Shown here piece by piece: positions 25,701-38,862 of a DNA stretch of 64,000 nt. The DNA is from Octopus vulgaris (Eukaryota). Position numbers and translations under genes: made by a program. The stretch lies in NCBI GenBank assembly GCA_951406725.2, contig OX597818.1, positions 96,720,001-96,784,000 on the forward strand. The letters are read 5' to 3'. The notes under the pieces were generated by a model, which was not told the origin of the DNA, ran no database searches, and saw nothing but the letters and a program-made list of their open reading frames with translations. Numbering within the stretch: the stretch's first letter is position 1; every line of letters begins with the position of its first letter.

Positions 25701-25843
25701 CTACAGGCTACTTTCAGTTTCCATCTACCAAATCCACTCACGAGGTTTTGGTCGCTCCGAAACTATAGTAGTAGGCACCTGCCCAAGGTGCCACACCGCG
25801 GGACTAGATTCAGAACCATGTGGTTGGGAAGCCACGCCTGCGC
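25701..25843 (-). mobile_element. Degraded SINE family A 5' half
   Basis: tttcagtttccatctaccaaatccactcac...gcccaaggtgccac...aaccatgtggttgg...cctgcgc. Confidence 0.8.
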
Positions 25844-26105
25844 TTATGTGTATAATATAACTATATGTATGTGTGCATGCATGTGTCTATATATATATGT
25901 ATGTGAGTTTGTATCAGTTTCACTATCCGTTTTTCCTCGCTCTCCCTCAATTTGTCTGTAGCTATCTTTCTGTTTATCACTTTCTCCATCTATGTTTGTA
26001 AATCTATACTTCATGTGTGTATATTATCCGTCTGTGTGTGTGTATGTGTGTATGTGTGTGTGTATATGTGTTTGAGTGTGCACAAACGTGCATGCGCATG
26101 CATGT

Positions 26106-26164
<59 letters not shown>

Positions 26165-26699
26165 GATACTGAAATAAAAGAAGGAAAATGTTGTCCACTT
26201 CTGACAGTACTTTGACATTAAATCTGGGGAACTAACCTTCAACTGGTTTAGAGAAAAATCATAGATAAGGTGACATATTTGTTTGTTTATTTATTTAATC
26301 ATATATTTATCTTCCTCCTTCTCCTCCTCCACCTGATAATAATAATCATCTTCATCATCATCATCATCATCATTGTTATTGTTGCTGTTGTGACTTGTCT
26401 TATCTTACGTAAATGTGAGGTTACGAACAATTTATCAGGTTCTATGTAGTAAATGCACAAGCGAAGCTGCTATATACTGTTATACAAATTATGAGAAGCT
26501 ATGCAGCTACAAAATTGCGCTCTGTCATGACATCTGTGTTAGCAATACTTGGGTTATTCCTATAAACTATAATATTGTTATTCCGATAAACTATTATTCA
26601 TAAAATTCGTAATAAAATATTTACGTTAAAATCCAGTGTTACGTAAGAGACATTCATTATTACGTCCACAAATGTTGTGTCCATTATGGTATGCAGACA

Positions 26700-26851
26700 C
26701 GGCTGTTCTAAGTTCATATCCCCTCTAGGTTTTATCTTTCATTCCTCCATTGTCGATAAAATAAAGTATCAGTTAAGTACTGGGATTGATGTAACCGTTT
26801 GATTCCATCCTCTCAAAATTTCTGGCCTTGTATCTCAATCAGAAAACATCA

Positions 26852-26906
<55 letters not shown>

Positions 26907-27455
26907 TACTTGTAAGGCGGCGAGCTGGAAGAAACGTTAGCGCGCCGGGCGAAGTGCTTAGCGGTATTTCGTCTGCCGCTACGTTCTGAGTTCAAATTCC
27001 GCCGAGGTCGACTTTGCTCTTCATCCTTTCAGGGTCGATTAAATAAGGGTCGATATAATCGACTAAATCCGTTTGTCTATCCTTGTTTGTCCTGTCTGTG
27101 TTTAGCCCCTTGTGGGTAATAAAGAAATAGGTATTTCGTCTGCCGTTACGTTGTGAGTTCAAATTCCGCCGAGGGCTCGAAAATTAAGTACGAGTGAAAT
27201 ATTGGAGTCAATGTAATCGACTAGTCCCCTTCCCTCAAAATTTCAGGCCTTGTACCTATAATTAGAAAGGATTATTATTACTAAGGCAGCGAGCTGGCAG
27301 AATCCTTAGCGCGCTGGACGAAATGCTTATCGGTATGTTCCGAGTTCAAATTCGGGGTCGATAAAATAAGTACCAGATGAACACTGGGTCAATATAATCG
27401 ACTTATCCCCTCCCCCAAAATTGCTGTCCTTGTGGCAAAATTTGAAACCATTATT
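26700..27455 (+). mobile_element. Cluster of SINE family B units, including a B1+B2 dimer at 26916-27270
   Basis: Four head-to-tail units separated by (ATT)n. Same dimer junction AAAGAAATAGGTATTTCGTCTG as at 18903-18925. Confidence 0.88.
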
Positions 27456-27649
27456 ACTCGTCACATGACGATTAATTTAGGAAATATATTTTTTCTATCA
27501 GAATTAAAATCAAGAAATATGGCTTTCGTATAATGATTATATGATCTTCTTTACCTTATTTTCCTTCCCAAGCTAATCTCCGTTGCTTTTCTTGTTTAAT
27601 TTCTTCTATTTTGGAGATCCACGAAACAATTGAAAAAGTTTTATACATA

Positions 27650-27810
27650 CGCAGGAGTGGCTGTGTGGTAAGTAGCTTGCTTACGAACCACATGGTTCCG
27701 GGTTCAGTCCCACTGCGTAGCACCTTGGGCAAGTGTCTTCTACTATAGCCTCGGGCCGACCAAAGCCTTGTGAGTGTTTTTAGTAGACGGAAACTGAAAG
27801 AAGCCCGTCG

Positions 27811-27862
<52 letters not shown>

Positions 27863-28060
27863 TCCCCCCAACAGAGCTTGACAACCAAATACTGGTGTGT
27901 TTACGTCCTCGTAGCAGTTCGGCAAAAGAGACCGACAAAATAATTACAAGGCTTACAACGAATAAGTCCTGGGGTCGATTTGCTCGACTAAAGGCGGTGC
28001 TCCAGGATGGCCGCAGTCATCAGACTGAAACAAGTAAAAGAGTAAAAGAGAGTAAAGAGT
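27650..28060 (+). mobile_element. SINE family A, full length
   Basis: Head, internal microsatellite, 3' CAGTC-ATCA-GACTG stem-loop and (GAGTAAA)n tail. Confidence 0.92.
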
Positions 28061-28326
28061 ATGCATTTAAGTGACGTTCGTTTCACTTGATAAGGACCAA
28101 ACAGTTTAAATATGATGTGCTTGTTTAATTTTAAATGTTACATGAGCTGTTTAGATCTTTTTAATTGTCAATAAAACTAATTTTGACGATTTACCGACAA
28201 CCACCACCTCAACTGCCATAGTTCAGGCCTTGTGCCTTTGCTAGAAACAAATATTATTGTCGCTGTTGTTGTTTCTTACCACAGAAAGATGCGTTCGTTA
28301 TCCTTCGGGTGATTTCAACAACAAAA

Positions 28327-28362
<36 letters not shown>

Positions 28363-28989
28363 AGATTGTTGGATCACACGCGTGCTACGCTGAACGGGGT
28401 TTTTTGCCCGAAATTTATTTATAGAGAGGCAAGCTTTTTAATGCTGATATTTTGCCCAGTTTAAAAAAAGACTTGAATTTGCCAAATATTTTTTTTTTTG
28501 TCGTAAGGCTTTTTAAACATGACGACAATGAAGAAATCTAATTTTTCTAGCAAATAACTCTCACGTACATACCCAAACACTAGCAGTCGAAATTCTAAAG
28601 GACAAAATAGCAACAACGGCAGCAAGATTTTCTCTTATGCTTTCATTTCGCTGCAGCAACGGAATTTTTATTGAGAGTCAACTAGCGGATGACGTGACAC
28701 AAAATTATGTCCAAAAACAAACACTACTATGCCTGACGCTATTATCTAGAAACGGGGGAGAAGAAGGAAGACCTACCTTCAAGAAACGAAATGAGAAGAT
28801 TTCAATTGCATTGAAAAGAAGTTTTTAGGATCCCTTCGCTGTTATGTGGAAGGTTCTAATTTCCATAAACCGCAACATATATAAGAATATCTGCCCGGTT
28901 TCTAAGGGCAAGGCGAAGAGACACGTGAAAATAGTGCAAAAAAAATCTTCCTATAGACTCATGCCATATTTCATGAGTTATATTTTATA

Positions 28990-29470
28990 AGAAGGCTGAC
29001 CAAGTCATTTGCAATGAGATGGAACCGTGATAGGTTCTCCTAATGGCGTTGTAGCTGGTGTAGAGGGAAGAGATCTCGAAGAATGATATGTAGTCAGCAG
29101 AAACCTACATAGACTTATAATTCTTTATGAAATCCTATAAATCACAGAGCTGTGCGTCATCACGGGAACAAAAGCAATGAGACTGGTTGCTGAAGATGGA
29201 AATTCTAGCTGTTTTTACTTACCCTTTGAGCCCTGACCTCCTGAACCTTTTTTCACCATATACTTGGTACTCCACCGGTGCCACGGTATAGAGAAAAATA
29301 AGCCATTCACCGGTAAACCGGTGTTACGGGCTCAAAGGGTTAAGGTTGCATGGGCCATATCAGACTTTGTACCTGTTCGGAGGATCAACATCTGAACATT
29401 TTTCTTGCGTATTTAACAAGTGTTGTGAACGCTGTAGAACAAGACATAAGACACTGCAGTGCTGACTGCA
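28990..29470 (+). pseudogene. Possible highly degraded Tc1-like transposase remnant interrupted by a MITE
   Basis: Short translated patches TELCVITGT and LHGP resemble the region between the catalytic Asp residues of Tc1/Tc3 transposases. There is no continuous frame. Confidence 0.25.
29222..29339. mobile_element. piggyBac-like mini-MITE (118 bp)
   Basis: Perfect 12-bp TIR CCCTTTGAGCCC...GGGCTCAAAGGG. Right flank TTAA; left flank CTTA (imperfect). Confidence 0.6.
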
Positions 29471-30234
29471 AGCATGTTCGATTGTTAAAACTAATTTTCT
29501 TTCTTAATGTAAGAAAGATATGATTGTCAATTTTTTTTTCATTTCTATAAATTTCCTACCGTTTCCCAATGTCATATTGTGTTCTGACCTATTAATGCAA
29601 CAATTGCAAACCTACCGTTACCAATGAAGGCAACGTTAATAGCTTATGTAACAGCTGCTTAGTTATAGGAAAATATGTAACGAATTTGATCATAATATTT
29701 CTTTTGATATCTATAATCAAACTCTTCTACATATTCTTCAACTTCAAGTGAAAATCCTTCAAACGTATTACTTACTTCTACTTTTCATGAGATATTTATG
29801 TAAATATCAGTTTTCTAAATTTAGAGAATGAATATTCATACCACCATATAAAATATTCGATATGTCTACAAAAATATTTTCTTGTATATAATTCACATAT
29901 AAAGATAAAGTCGATATAAAACTGTAGTAGTTTTTATATAAAGCTTTATTGTAAATAAAAAAATGAAAATTATTGAAGATGATAAAAAGTTCAATAGCAG
30001 GAGAGACCGATCAGCCTGGTGACTGCCATTTAAAAAAATCATTAGAGCATTTAATGTCGTTATAAGGTAAGCTACCAGCAATCTGAGATATCAGCATAAT
30101 GTCAATCACAGATTCATTGTAACAACCCACGAACCCACGCATTAACGCCCTTGGGAAAAGCATGGGGTCGCCTTCCCCATTTCACATCTGTATTGACACA
30201 AAATTTACTTTCGTGTTTCGATTTACATACAAGA

Positions 30235-30265
<31 letters not shown>

Positions 30266-30720
30266 TGTATGTATGTATGTATGTATGTTTGTATGTATGT
30301 ATGTATGTATGTATGCATGTATGTATGTATGTATGTATGTATGTATGTATGTATGTATGTATGTATGTATGTATGTATGTATGTATGTATGTATTGGCGC
30401 CTTACAGCCGTACACGTAGATAATAAATTATTCGATTCATGTACCGTAGATACGTAATTGTTCTGTTTATTTCACTTGAATAATTTGCATTATCACAAAA
30501 TTTAATTATCACAAAATTTAGTAATGAAAGAATGTATGACTATAGTCAATAAAATTGTGAAATTTGTGTGTGTATGTGTACCATGTGTTTGTGCGTGTAC
30601 ATGTAGGCATATGCATAGATAACAAGACATTTTTCTTTTCTCCCACTTTATATACATATACACACACACACACACTCTTACATACACACACATGCATACA
30701 TATATATATATAAATATATT

Positions 30721-30884
<164 letters not shown>

Positions 30885-32411
30885 ATCAATTGGAATATTT
30901 CATTTCAACTCAGGAACGTTAAACGCTTTTTGGGAAACGTACTAAATAATAATTTAATCCCTTTAGTTGTAGGAAGACTACTCAAAAGTTTGCACTTCAT
31001 ATAGAGTGCTGACGGCATTGGGTTTGGTGGAGCGTAGTTCTTTACAAGTGGTACTCCCCATTAGGCTCACCATTGTTGGATAATAAATCGAAGTCAGCAT
31101 TGCTAAACATCGGAACATTTAGCCGCTGCTTACAACAAAAGTGCAGTGCCAATCTTGGAACATTGGCTGTATAATCCATTGTCACAATTCGTAAAAGAAC
31201 TGAACTAATTGTATCTTATTGGTTGCAAGATACGAAACGTTTATTCTTGGACACTAGTTTGCCATTTCTTCAATTTAACCAGCTTTAAGCTTTCTAAATA
31301 ACGGTTAAAATTGTTTATAGATATTTCTTTAATATCACTCTGAGTTTTCATGGTATAAAATGCCCCAAGAAAAATATAAAAATAAATCGATGCGAGATCG
31401 AATTCTAGAACAAAATTGTCTGAGTTGACTGAGAAACATCTACCTAAAGCACAAAAACGCTGGTTTTAATTTTTTTAGTATTTTTTTTACATTTCGTTGT
31501 TCTTTTCTTCTTCCTTTTCATCATAGAATCACCTGTTTTGTTCCCGTTGAAGAATATTTTTAAGAAAAAAATAACTTTGTCGTTATTTGAATTACAGAAG
31601 CTATAGCTTCTTTGGTTTTAAATCTTCACAACGTGTCGTCCAAAAATGCCAGAAAAACACATACACTATTAGACCTCCCATTAAGAGAGTCAAAGAGGCT
31701 ACACTGTATACGAAATATACAGTGAAATTATCAGCTTTGAAGAACATGATTTAGACTTTGAAACATACAAATATCATACAGTATATGAACAAAGATAACT
31801 ATTTGGTTGAAAGGGCTTTAAAAATGATTGCCAAGTAAGATTTAAAATACGTTTTATATTTCAAAAATTATATTAATTGCAAAGGATGAGAATTGGGAAA
31901 ATTTAAAATGCATGGATAGACCCTAAAAGCAATGAACAAATATAGCAAAGAAGCTAGCTGCTATAGCTTGATACAAATTTTCTTTCAATGAAATGAATAA
32001 AAAGCAAACAAATATATGTGATCTGTCCAATAAAAATATAGGAAAATCTAAAATTCACTTAATTTAATTTAAATATAAATTAATTTAGGTCTTTTACTCC
32101 AGATGTATTTTGGTGTGGAAAAAAGTCATAAAGACAGAAGGGACAGGAGAAGAAAGAAGGAAATAGAATCAAAAACAGAGTTGATGCAAGAAATTTGTTT
32201 CTGCAAATCTTTTGCCAACTGCTGGAAATAACGTAATCCTTGCCCAAATATCTGGGACGTAACCAAGGTAACGTGAGGTCTTCCTAAAATTACCAGCAAA
32301 TTCCGTCCTATTTCTCTACAGGAATCACTCCACAGACGTAGTGATGGATTTTCGGCAGCACGCCAACCTGAAAACGGATACAAGAAAACTAAAACTTAGT
32401 GAAAAGAGAAA

Positions 32412-32412
<1 letters not shown>

Positions 32413-32484
<72 letters not shown>

Positions 32485-32977
32485 TGTGGTGGTGGTGGTG
32501 GTGGTGGTGGTGGTATGGTTATTGAAGATAATCTTGGTGTGGGCGTGATGATATGATACCGATGATGATGATGATGATGATGATGATGAAATGATAATGA
32601 TGATGAATAATTTGGATGATTGTTGTAGGAGGCAGTGGTGATGGTGGTTGTAGTGGTAGCGGTGTTGATGTGATGGCGGTATTGGTGGTGGTGGTGGTGG
32701 TGGTACTTGTGATGTGTAATGTCGATGGTAGTAGGGGTGGTGCCGGTTAGTAGTGATACTAATTACGGTAGCAGTTGTAGCTGAAGTAATAGTTATAATG
32801 ACGAGCGGGTGGTGTTGGTGAAGGTGTGGGCAATGACTGTAATAATGATGATGATGATGATCATCATCATCATCATCATGATATTAACTACAACAACAAC
32901 AGTAATGATGTTGAAGTAGCTGCAATGATGGCAAAAACGTGCTTTCGTAATCGTGATTATAATGGCAGCTACAACAG

Positions 32978-33056
<79 letters not shown>

Positions 33057-33243
33057 AGTGGTGGTGATGATGAGGAGGAGGAGGGGGTAGAGGTTGTGTT
33101 GGTGACGGCGTTGATGGTGGTACTGGTCGTACTGGTGGTACTGGTGGTGCTACTAACGTCTGTGCTGGTTATGATGATGATGATGATGATGATGATGATT
33201 ACGAGGGTGATAATAACGATGAGGAGGAGGATGCCGGTAACTG

Positions 33244-33282
<39 letters not shown>

Positions 33283-33790
33283 AGTGGTGGTGGTGGTGGT
33301 GGTGGTCGTCGTCGTCGTCGTCGTGAGGAGGAGGAGGAGGAGGAGGGGGAGGTAGAGGTTGTGTTGGTGACGGCGTTGGTGGTGGTACTGGTGGTACTGG
33401 TGGTACTGGTGGTGCTACTAACGTCTGTGCTGGTTATGATGATGATGATGATGATAACGTCGACGCTAATTTTGATAATTATGATGATGACGAAGGCGTC
33501 AACGATGGCAATGATGTATAGGAGAAATTTAACGGTTGTTCTGCTACTGCAGATGCTGCTGCTTCTGTTCCTGCTGCTGCGTATACAGCAGCTCACGATG
33601 ATGAGGATGATGATGAGAAGAGGGGGGAGAAGGAAGAGAAGAAGGAGGAGGCAGAGAAGGAGGAGGCAGAGAAGGAGGAGGAAATGAATGATGTTGGTGG
33701 TAGTTGTGTTGGTAGAGAACGGTGCCTCTGACAATAGTGGTGGGGCTGGGGTGATGGTGGCGATGGTGGCGATGGCGGTGGTGGCGGTGG

Positions 33791-33821
<31 letters not shown>

Positions 33822-34020
33822 GGTGCTGGTTGTGCTGGTGGTGCTGGTGCTGGTGGTGCTGGTGGTGCTGGTGGTGGTGCTGGTGGTGCTGGTGGTGGTG
33901 GTGCTGGTGGTCGCGGTGGTCGCGGTGGCGGTGGTGGTGGTGGTGCCGGTGGTGGTGCCGGTGGTGGTGGTGGTGGTGGTGTTAGTGGTGGTGGTGGTGG
34001 TAGTGGTGGTGGTGGTCGCA
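32413..34020. repeat. Compound trinucleotide low-complexity region (AAT, GGT, GAT, GCT, GAG) with an internal duplication
   Basis: Direct reading. The block gtagaggttgtgttggtgacggcgtt...ctactaacgtctgtgctggttatgatg occurs at about 33087 and about 33352. Confidence 0.9.
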
Positions 34021-34475
34021 ACAAGGATGACGTCGACGATTGTGCTGACAGACGGAAGATATCTATCTCCATAAGCAAAAACTCTCTCTCTTTTTCTCTC
34101 CCCCCCCTCTCTCTCTCTCTCTCTTCTCTCTTCGATTTTCTTCTCCCTCACCCTCTCTCTCTTTTTAATCTTCTTCTTCTTCACCGTTGTAAACATAAAC
34201 CATCCACCCACCCACCCACTTACCTCACCTACATCACTAAAAGGATGCTTTTGTTAATTGGCACGCTTCAGCTTCCTTCATCGTTTATAAATGCATAAAC
34301 AGAACACATACTTAAACACGTGCGGTCATACATGCATACATACATACATACATACATACATACATACATACATACATACATACATACATACATACAAACA
34401 CACATACATATATATATATATATATCATATATACATACATATGTATACATATATATATGCATATACTACATATCG

Positions 34476-34563
<88 letters not shown>

Positions 34564-34833
34564 TTATATATATATATATACACATATATATACACACGCA
34601 CATACATACATATAGTATATATACGTACATATATATGTGTGTGTATGTATATGTATGTGTATGTATATATATGCATGTGTATGTATATACATATATGTAT
34701 ACATTATATATATGTATGTATTTACGCATATATATGTATATGTATGTATGTGTGAGTTTGTATGTATATATGTATCAATGTATGTAATTACGTATGTATG
34801 TATGTATTTTATGTATGTATGTATGTATGTATG

Positions 34834-34864
<31 letters not shown>

Positions 34865-35086
34865 GCGTGCATACATAAATATTTGTTTGCACGTGTGTAT
34901 ATATACATATGTGTTTGCATATGCGGATGGGTGATCGGATGTGCGGGTGGGTAGGCGCGCGCATGCGAATGTTGTGTGTGCAAATGTAGAGTGTGTGTTT
35001 TTAGTGTAGTTCTGTGGCTGCGTATATATGTATTCACTGGTTTAACTCCAACGTTTTTAGTTATGTAACCACAAAACCTAGATATA

Positions 35087-35263
35087 TTTGAAGGTGCTAA
35101 AAAGTTCTCGGCTTTGGATAAGAGAAAATACAAGAGAATTAGTTAATTATGAATTAATAATTATTCAACATGATCCCCTCTCAGATTCACACACTTATTG
35201 CAGCGGCCCTTCAGTTTTTCTAAGCGATACCCTTAAAGCCAGGAACTTTTCAGCACTCCCTCG
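35087..35263 (-). mobile_element. mariner-derived MITE, copy 1
   Basis: Reverse complement of 36897-37114 with an internal deletion. Terminus AGGAACTTTTCAGCACTCCCTCG|TA. Confidence 0.8.
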
Positions 35264-35728
35264 TATATTTTGCTCATGAACGTGTGCATGGGTGTATGCA
35301 TATGTGCATGAGCAAGTACGAATGTGTGTGTGTAGTGTGTAAACCAGTCTGTGTGGGTGTCAAATAGCTTTATGAAGCATCTACATTAACACTCGAGCTG
35401 TTACGAAAAAAAGCAGCAAAATCTCCTGGATGTCAAACCCACCCTAATTGTCCTTCTAATGAAGGGCGAATGAGAAAATGCAGTGCTAGATATCCCTAAA
35501 TTGTTTTGATGGTCAGGGATGGAATTGTTTTGATTATATGTCTATTATTTTCTTATTTCGACATTAAATTGTATTCGGTACTTCTGATTCTCACTCATTC
35601 TGTTTGGGTGGTCAAATAGAACGCTTTTACTACTCATTTCATTCCCTTTGCATATAAGAGCGTTCTTGTGTGTGAGTGCGCGGCGAGTATACCCTAGCTT
35701 AGGTAAGCACACCCACCAACACACATAC

Positions 35729-35787
<59 letters not shown>

Positions 35788-35816
35788 ATATAGATAGATA
35801 GATAGATAGATAGATA

Positions 35817-35859
<43 letters not shown>

Positions 35860-35903
35860 AGGTACAGAGAGAGATAAGTGTGTGTGTGTGTGTGTGTGTG
35901 TGT

Positions 35904-35986
<83 letters not shown>

Positions 35987-36896
35987 GTTTATAAGCCGTC
36001 CTCTGTGAAGTAATTATGTCATATTACTGTGTGAATATGTGTTTGTATGTTTGTATCACAAAGCAAATTACCGACCCAATCTTTCGGCTTGCAGATCAAC
36101 ACACCGCATAAACTCGCCCGGTTGCGGAACACCAATTGACAACAATTATAATTATTATTCTGACTTAATTATTAAATTACACAACATAACTTGCGTCACA
36201 TCCTCATCTCGGAGGCTGCGTTCCACCCGTCTTGTGAGCGATGTGGACCAAGACAAGCATACGTCACCACTAGTCTAGTGATGCGTATCATTGAACGGAT
36301 AGCGATGAACGCAACAGGTGTCGTTGGTAAATCGACAAAGGTGTTTTCGTCTATCAATGTCACTGGGGTGAAGATAGTAAATGTGACAGGCGGAGGAGCC
36401 TGTATTTCGTGACCGGTTTGACCATCGTCCATGGTAATGCCTTGTGTGTGAGTATGATGACTGATCGTGAGGAAATATAACCATGAAGCTTTTTAACTCA
36501 GAGGAAAAAAGACTGAGAAAAATAATTTTTAAAAATGAGACAGCTTTACGAGAAATAGATAAAAGTCCGACAAAGTCGTTTATTAATGTCCTTATCAAGT
36601 TTAAGCCTCACTACGAGACGTAACGCTCCTTATTTAATTATATAACTACACCACACTATAGGCAACACTATACACAGTATGACACAACACTATATAGAAT
36701 ACTACACACAAAACTACATCATGTTATACACAACAACACACTTGACAATGCATCATACACAACTATACACAACTCAACACTATACTATACACATTATACT
36801 ACTCTATCGCGATGCTTCAATATATTGTATATAGCACGGTATTAAACTATATATAGTATACACAATACGACGCTATGTTATACTAACGCTAAACTA

Positions 36897-37114
36897 CGAG
36901 GGGGTGTTGAAAAGTTCCTGGTTTTAAGGGTATCGCTAAAGGCCTGGTTGGAAGCCCGACCTTCCGAGTTCTTTTACAGGGATTGGGAAAACAGAAAGAC
37001 CGCTGCAATAAGTGTGTGAATCTGAAAAAGGAATATGTTGAATAAAATCATAATTAACTGATCCTCCTGTATTTTCTTTTACACAAAACTAGGAACTTTT
37101 CAACACCTACCCCT
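36897..37114 (+). mobile_element. mariner-derived MITE, copy 2
   Basis: TA|CGAGGGGGTGTTGAAAAGTTCCT...AGGAACTTTTCAACACC. The interior encodes CNKCVNLKKEYVE*, like a mariner transposase C-terminus. Confidence 0.85.
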
Positions 37115-37279
37115 TATAGTAATATTTTACATGTCACTGCTATACTATGCACAGCACTATATCATATATTATGCTATACTATACTATACTATACGCGACA
37201 TTACCTCCCCCACCCCACCCCCCACACACACACTCACTGTATACATTCCTAGACACAACACGTACTTAAGTGAAAACCC

Positions 37280-37455
37280 TCTCAGCCTGCTAGAAATTTC
37301 CCTCATAACACACGCCAACCGACTTGAGAAAATAAGATTATATTAAATATTGTAGTCTTAGATTTACAAGAAAAAACCGGGATGGTCATGGCTGGAACAT
37401 CTTTGGCTTGAAGTGTGATATGAGCGCTGAGCTGGAGCTAAACACTAACAGCAAC
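37280..37455 (+). mobile_element. Ancient dispersed repeat (probable SINE 3' part); related degraded copies at about 35400, 44730, 59230, 59420, 63760
   Basis: Recurring ctgctagaaat...gatggtcatggctggaa...ctaaaca..aac pattern. Confidence 0.45.
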
Positions 37456-38087
37456 ACAGTACTACACATTTTCAGGGCAATCTTATACACAGAATAACGT
37501 TACTACATCACACTATACCGCAATGCACAACACCTATACATTAACAATATAAGCAGTCATACAGATTCTGTGTGTGTATGTGTGTCTGTGTCTGAGTGTT
37601 TGTGTGTGTGTGTTCGTGTGTGTGAACACGAACCGTCATTTGTTCTTCTGTTTTTTTTTTTTTTTCCTTTTTGGCAAAGAGAGAAAATACTCTTTGGTTT
37701 AGAGGAAAGAGAAATAGGGGTATCGAGTTTCAAGCCTTTTCGTAACGACATCTTTAACGTGAAGTGAAGTGAAAAAGCTTCAGTCGGGTATTGAAGCCTC
37801 GTTTGCAATCGCGACCTAGCTGAAATTTGCTTGTTGCGTTTATAGCATTTACTTCGTAAATCGTTTTCCTACAATTCCATTCAGTTTGGGAGTGGGGGAC
37901 AGATTTAGTAGTGCAAGAACTTAATCAAACACCAATGAATTATAAGTATTTAATTTATAGACTTCACAAAGAGGAATAGCATGGCAAGCTGAACAGAGAG
38001 GCTACCGGACATGATGTAGTATGGTCGGTCGAAGACGCTTATTATCTCAAATGGTTTATATCACCTAGATGTAAAGAAGCATCTCAG

Positions 38088-38287
38088 ACTCTCATTCTCA
38101 TTTACTCATTTACTTGTTTCAGTCATTTGACTGTGGCCATGTTGGAGCAAATCGACCCCAGGACTTATTCTATCGGTCTCTTTTGCCGAACCGCTAAGTT
38201 ACGGGGACGTAAACACACCAGCATCGGTTGTCAAGCGATGTTGGGGGGGGGGGACAAACACAGACACACAATCATATACACACACAT

Positions 38288-38336
<49 letters not shown>

Positions 38337-38446
38337 CGACGGGCTTCTTTCAGTTTCCGTCTACCAAATCCACTCACAAGGCTTTAGTCGGCCCAAGGCT
38401 ATAGTAGAAGACACTTGCCCAAGGTGCCACGCAATGGGACTGAACT
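38088..38446 (-). mobile_element. SINE family A (5'-truncated, internal deletions)
   Basis: ttgtttcagtcatttgactg...ccgaaccgctaagt...cagtttccgtctacc...gcccaaggtgccacgc. Confidence 0.9.
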
Positions 38447-38728
38447 CCTAATTATAATTTTTTTTTACCGTAACACCATTATAAAGCTGGCAAGCGTTAT
38501 CAGCTAGCAATGCTTAGTTAAAACACTCAAGTGATCACGACAAGTAAGTGAGAAGCCACTCCAATGTACTCCTCTCTTGCAAGACTGCTGAAAGATTTCA
38601 TCGTCAGTGGTGTACAGATGCGCTTCTCTGGTTTATAGAGTTGTGCAGATTGCGAGACGTTAATTCTTTGCCCGAGGTTATTAGATGCGTAAAATAATGG
38701 AAATGATTTATCACCAGAACCGAACCAG

Positions 38729-38785
<57 letters not shown>

Positions 38786-38806
38786 ATGCGTGCGTGCGTG
38801 TGTGTG

Positions 38807-38862
<56 letters not shown>

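Noticed and set aside
33153-34211. 352-aa ORF, the longest in the track
   Set aside because: Homopolymer runs from triplet and GA repeats, a non-ATG start and no domain.
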